In this document: one piece after another, positions 60,021 to 64,000 of the stretch
Numbering within the stretch: position 1 is the stretch's first letter
Layout of the letters: every line of letters begins with the position of its first letter
Assembly (NCBI GenBank): GCA_905178155.1
Contig: CAJINV010000001.1
Coordinates: forward strand, 6,357,860 to 6,421,859
Length of the DNA stretch: 64,000 nucleotides
Direction of reading: 5' to 3'
From: Amoebophrya sp. A120
Taxonomy: Eukaryota > Protista > Dinoflagellata
The notes under the pieces: model-generated
The model's input: the letters and a program-made list of their open reading frames with translations, nothing else
The model's database searches: none
Told to the model about the DNA's origin: nothing
Made by a program: the position numbers and the translations under genes

Positions 60021-62189
60021 ATGTGGGTCGAAGTACTGGTAGCGATTGTGATCGTGGTGATCACGGCCACAGTAGTAAACTGGTACCTACGAACCTCGGA
60101 AGCCAAGCGAACTTCATGGCTTTCAAAGGAACTCGGCGTGCCAGACATATACAAATGGGACGGTAAGTAATTATGCAACAGCTCCTGTAGTGTACAGCTT
60201 GCTACAGTTGCAAACTTGTTACCCTGGCTGGCGTGACGCCCTTATGTTCGTTGCAGTATCGCACTCATCGATTATCTGTGAATTACTTGGACAAAAGTGA
60301 ATTTTGTTGTAAATTGAAAAATATTCACAGAAGCACTAATTGACCGAGTCGAGGATGCGTATTTCGACGCCCTGGAGGAGGCAGAAAAGCACTACTGCGA
60401 GGTCAACAAAATAGGGGCCGAAGACGAGTTGGAGAAAGTCTGGCCGTCCAAGCTTGACAAGGAATGGCGACATCGAATCAAGTACTCTTTTCTTTGAAAA
60501 GCAATTTTTTTCTCGAGCTTGGTAGATGATCATCATGTTGGTAATTGTTCTTGTATATATCACACCACTCTGCTGGCTTAGCAAGATTAAGATAAGTATC
60601 GTCCTCCACCACGATCGAAATCGATGAAATAATTCGTCGTTCTACATAATACTTCAAAAAAAAACTTTTAACAGGATGAAACTGATGGAGCGGACGATGG
60701 CTTGGGTGCACCTGTATCGGCTGATGGAAGCAGAATTGAAGCGATCACAGCCCCTCTGGCGACAAAACATCATTTCTCCGAGCTACTGGCAGTCCCTGAA
60801 ACGAGCAGAAGAAAAACTGGAAAAGCAGTTTTCCCTCATAAAAAAAGAAGTCGCAATCGTATTGAATTCAACTTGGTTACTTGCCGTGATTCTTCGTCCT
60901 CCTTTTTTCTGTTTCTTGCGACTGCGACATAATTTTTTGCATACTTTGTTTTGAATATGAGTGTGCTTTTCTTCGAACCTGACAGATTGACCCCGGCTCA
61001 ACCAACCAGACGGAGATTTTTCGCGAAAGTTGCAAGATAATAGATGCGTACGGCTATCCACCAAAAGTGCCAGAGGAAAAGCCGAAAGCAGAACCGCCTG
61101 GCATACGAAACGGAAAGATCATCGAGAAGTGCAGCGACAAGAAAACGTAGACATATTAACTTTTGTTTGTGTTATATAGTTTTTCCGTTTTGATCGCTGA
61201 CAAGATGTAGGCAGAACAAGTGAAGTGGGAGCGAGTTCTGTGATTTGTAGCATAAAAGTGCAACTACATCTGGCACTTTAGGCAAAAACATTTTTGATGA
61301 AATCATCCAAACGCAAAGAAACATAAACAGCTACGAGCTCGTTCAAGGCCCGTCTGACGCGGAGCTCGTGGTTTACATGCCGAAGGGCACATTAGCAAAG
61401 GAGGTGCGTGTCCGCGTGCAGAGGAAAAGCATCCAAATTTGGCGAAAGGGTGAAACCATCTTCCACAAAGAACTCCCGGACACTGCCACGGTGCGACCAG
61501 ATCCCACATGGCAACTCGCAAAAAAAGTAGGGACATTTTCATTCTTCATCGTTGGGTGTCATGCAACTTGTTACGGGGGCCTGCGAGGATAACGATAAGT
61601 GTGATAGCGATTTTTAGAAGTTTTACCAGTTCTTCTTCCTCGTCCCTGCGATGATTCCATGCTTTGAATTGAACATATTGAACAATCTTCCTCAGGGTGA
61701 CTTCGAAGCTGGCGATGTGGTGCTTCTCAGCGGACTTTCAAAAGACGACCTAAACGGCCAGAAAGGAAAGTACTTACTCTCTCAGTCAGATTGTGGTTTT
61801 GCTTGTTGACTTCTTCAGTTAAGAAGTCATGTTCTTGTCCTTCGGAAGGCTTCGTTCTGAACCTATTTCATTTGTCTAGTGTTATCGAACATGAAAAACT
61901 GCCTGAATTAGCCTATAGAAGATCTGATTCTAGATCGCAAAAAATAATACAAATACACCGCAAATCCAGGGTCCTGAAGAACAACAAAGAAACCCTGGCG
62001 AAGGGACGCATTCGCGTGGACCTGGGCACGGGCAACCCTCTGTCGATAAAGCCTGCCAACCTGACCAACGAGGAGGAGTTCCGGAAAACGGGTCTTGTCA
62101 TGAGTCTGGAAAAGGAAAAGCAAAATACCGTGTGGCCAATGCCCCCATGGAACGATGGCGCAGACGAGGAGTCGGCGTTGCCACAGTAA
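60021..62189 (+). CDS. N-terminally anchored Sec66/Sec71-like protein fused to a CS (p23-like) domain with an inserted SH3/KOW-like module; exons 60021-60162, 60331-60481, 60675-60858, 60986-61146, 61331-61526, 61696-61769, 61970-62189
   Basis: Six GT-AG introns give one continuous frame: MWVEVLVAIVIVVITATVVNWY (TM)...KMKLMERTMAWVHLYRLMEAELKRSQPLWRQNIISPSYWQSLKRAEEKLEKQFSLIKKEVAIIDPG...EIF (Sec66-like), then YELVQGPSDAELVVYMPKGTLAKEVRVRV...TWQL...LVMSLEK...WP (CS). Confidence 0.75.
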
Positions 62190-63687
62190 ACAAAGCATAA
62201 GCAACGAGTAATAGAGCTGCACTACGACATCTTCGGAAGGACGATAGCGAAGCAAACCGATCGTACATCACACTCGTGCGAATCGATCGAGGCGATTCAT
62301 GTTTACCAAACTCAACAGTTTAACAAGTCAAACAAGTTTGCGTTTTTTTACTAGTATCACACCCCGACGCGATATCCTCGTGTCTCTCCATAGAGGTCTA
62401 CTTAGCGTATGGATGTACTTTATCATTGTCAAAGATTTTTTCAATCGCTACTGCGTGTACAACAATGACGCGAACGTGATGAAGATTTTGCTGTCGCTTC
62501 ATTTTCAGGGTTATTCCAAATGAAACGGACGGTGGCGCCTTTTTTTTGCTGCCACACGATCCACATCGCGTATAATTTGTTGAACGAATGAACCCGCGAC
62601 CCTAGCTGTGTGCGATTTCCGTCCCAGTGGTTATCGTGTGCATTCATGATCGACGAAAATCAGAATTTTGAAAATTTCGAAGAAACAGAGCGGCAATGAA
62701 ATTATGCATTCGTGGAAGCGACGAGAGAACTCGATCAATTGCAAGCAGCTTGTCTTTGATGTAGTTGCGCAAACATCAACGGACGGTGTGGCCGCAGTTG
62801 GCACCTTTTTCGCAAAGACCATCATTTGATTTCAACAGCGTTCACGACCCTTTTCAGCAGGAAATCGTGCGGTGCTTGCCAGTTACATTTCTGGATCGGC
62901 ACACTCAGACTTCTGAGTACACATGTACCTCCTGCTGCTATGAATATATCAGGAGGCTCTGGTGAGGCCCTTTCCTTTTGGTTCACATCACAGTCGGTAG
63001 AAATTTGATCCACGGATTTTTAGAAAATAGAGTTGCACATGAACGAAGAAGATGGTGATGGACCCATGGCCATGTGCTGCACGACAGAGAAACGAAACGG
63101 TTTTTCTTGCACTTTTACAAGCATGGAGTAGAAGGAGAATTAGTCCCAAAAGAAAAGATAAAGAAAACAAAGAGCAAGACCGGTCGCAAAGCCCCGCCAC
63201 TGCCTTTCATAGCAAGATCTTCATCGACGCTCCTCTTCTAGTTCTACGACGTAGTTGTGGCATCAACAATGGTGCCATCAACAGTAGCAGTAGCACCCCG
63301 TTCTCGATGGCTCCTTTGGTTCCACTTCAGCTACCCACCACAAAAAGTACTTCTTTTCCCGATCTTCTTTTCGAATTACTTATAAGGAGAGTCGTCCACT
63401 AGCGCTATCATTATTATCCTCAATTCTGCAGCGCGGTGCTTTTTTCCACTTTTTCAAAGACGATCTTCCTTGTATTAGTATTTGTTTTAGATCGATTTCG
63501 CGGTAGTTCTGATATTGGTGCAGAAACTCCTTTCACGCTTCCCTTGGCGCTTATTCGTATTCCTACTTTAGACCATAACCATTTTTTTCAAAAGGAAGAC
63601 AGAGATAAAAAACGCTCTTTTCGAAAAATACTTTACATTCTTGTTGTTTTTGCGATCGAAGTGTGACAACTTTCGAGGTCACGAAAA

Positions 63688-63970
63688 ATGAGTGCTCCGA
63701 AGCTCCAAATTTCTGGGGACGTGGCCGTCCGCGACCATCTGCATGAAGCTCAGGGTTTGGTTGATGGTACCCCATCCCACAGCCAGCAGCTTCAAGCTCG
63801 CACAAGCTCTCGAGTGCTCGCGCCGTGGGAAGAAACATCCAGTCCAAGCAGCAAACGCACCGCGACGCAGCTGAGTGCGCAACGATTGACACGACTAAAA
63901 GGTGTGGACGTGCTGCGCGATCCGTACTTGAACAAAGGAACAGCCTTCACGGAGCGGGAAAGGGACATGC
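63688..63970 (+). CDS. Malic enzyme (NAD(P)-dependent malate dehydrogenase, decarboxylating), first exon; the gene runs off the window
   Basis: Open frame from ATG 63688 gives KGVDVLRDPYLNKGTAFTERERD, the conserved malic enzyme N-terminal motif; probable donor GT at 63971. Confidence 0.88.
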
Positions 63971-64000
63971 GTATCGGGATTTTTTCAGAACTTGCCTTGC

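Noticed and set aside
1-64000. Dinoflagellate spliced-leader relics (CCGTAGCCATTTTGGCTCAAG), tRNA, rRNA or snRNA genes, telomeric repeats, transposase or reverse-transcriptase ORFs
   Set aside because: None recognised by eye; short RNA genes could be missed without covariance-model searches.

Overview
Eukaryotic, gene-dense DNA of roughly balanced GC content. I can support 13 protein-coding genes, all on the + strand, interrupted by short (~110-420 nt) introns that I reconstructed by hand from reading-frame continuity. The unidirectional gene array, long low-complexity Ala/Ser-rich proteins and the gene families suggest an alveolate, most likely a parasitic syndinian dinoflagellate such as Amoebophrya; this is inference, not proof. 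Recognisable products: 3x-HMG-box protein, Cys-rich/TM/CCCH protein, a probable secreted permuted papain-fold protein, URB2, Erv1/ALR, LRRC43-like, THOC3, a giant LRR/EF-hand protein, a Sec66-like/CS-domain fusion missed by the ORF track, and the start of malic enzyme. The most striking signal is the intron grammar: GTAYT donors mostly lacking +5G, A/C-rich 3' ends instead of polypyrimidine tracts, and inverted repeats that would fold intron ends together. Two introns appear to need non-AG acceptors. No rRNA, tRNA, CRISPR array or intact transposon was recognised.
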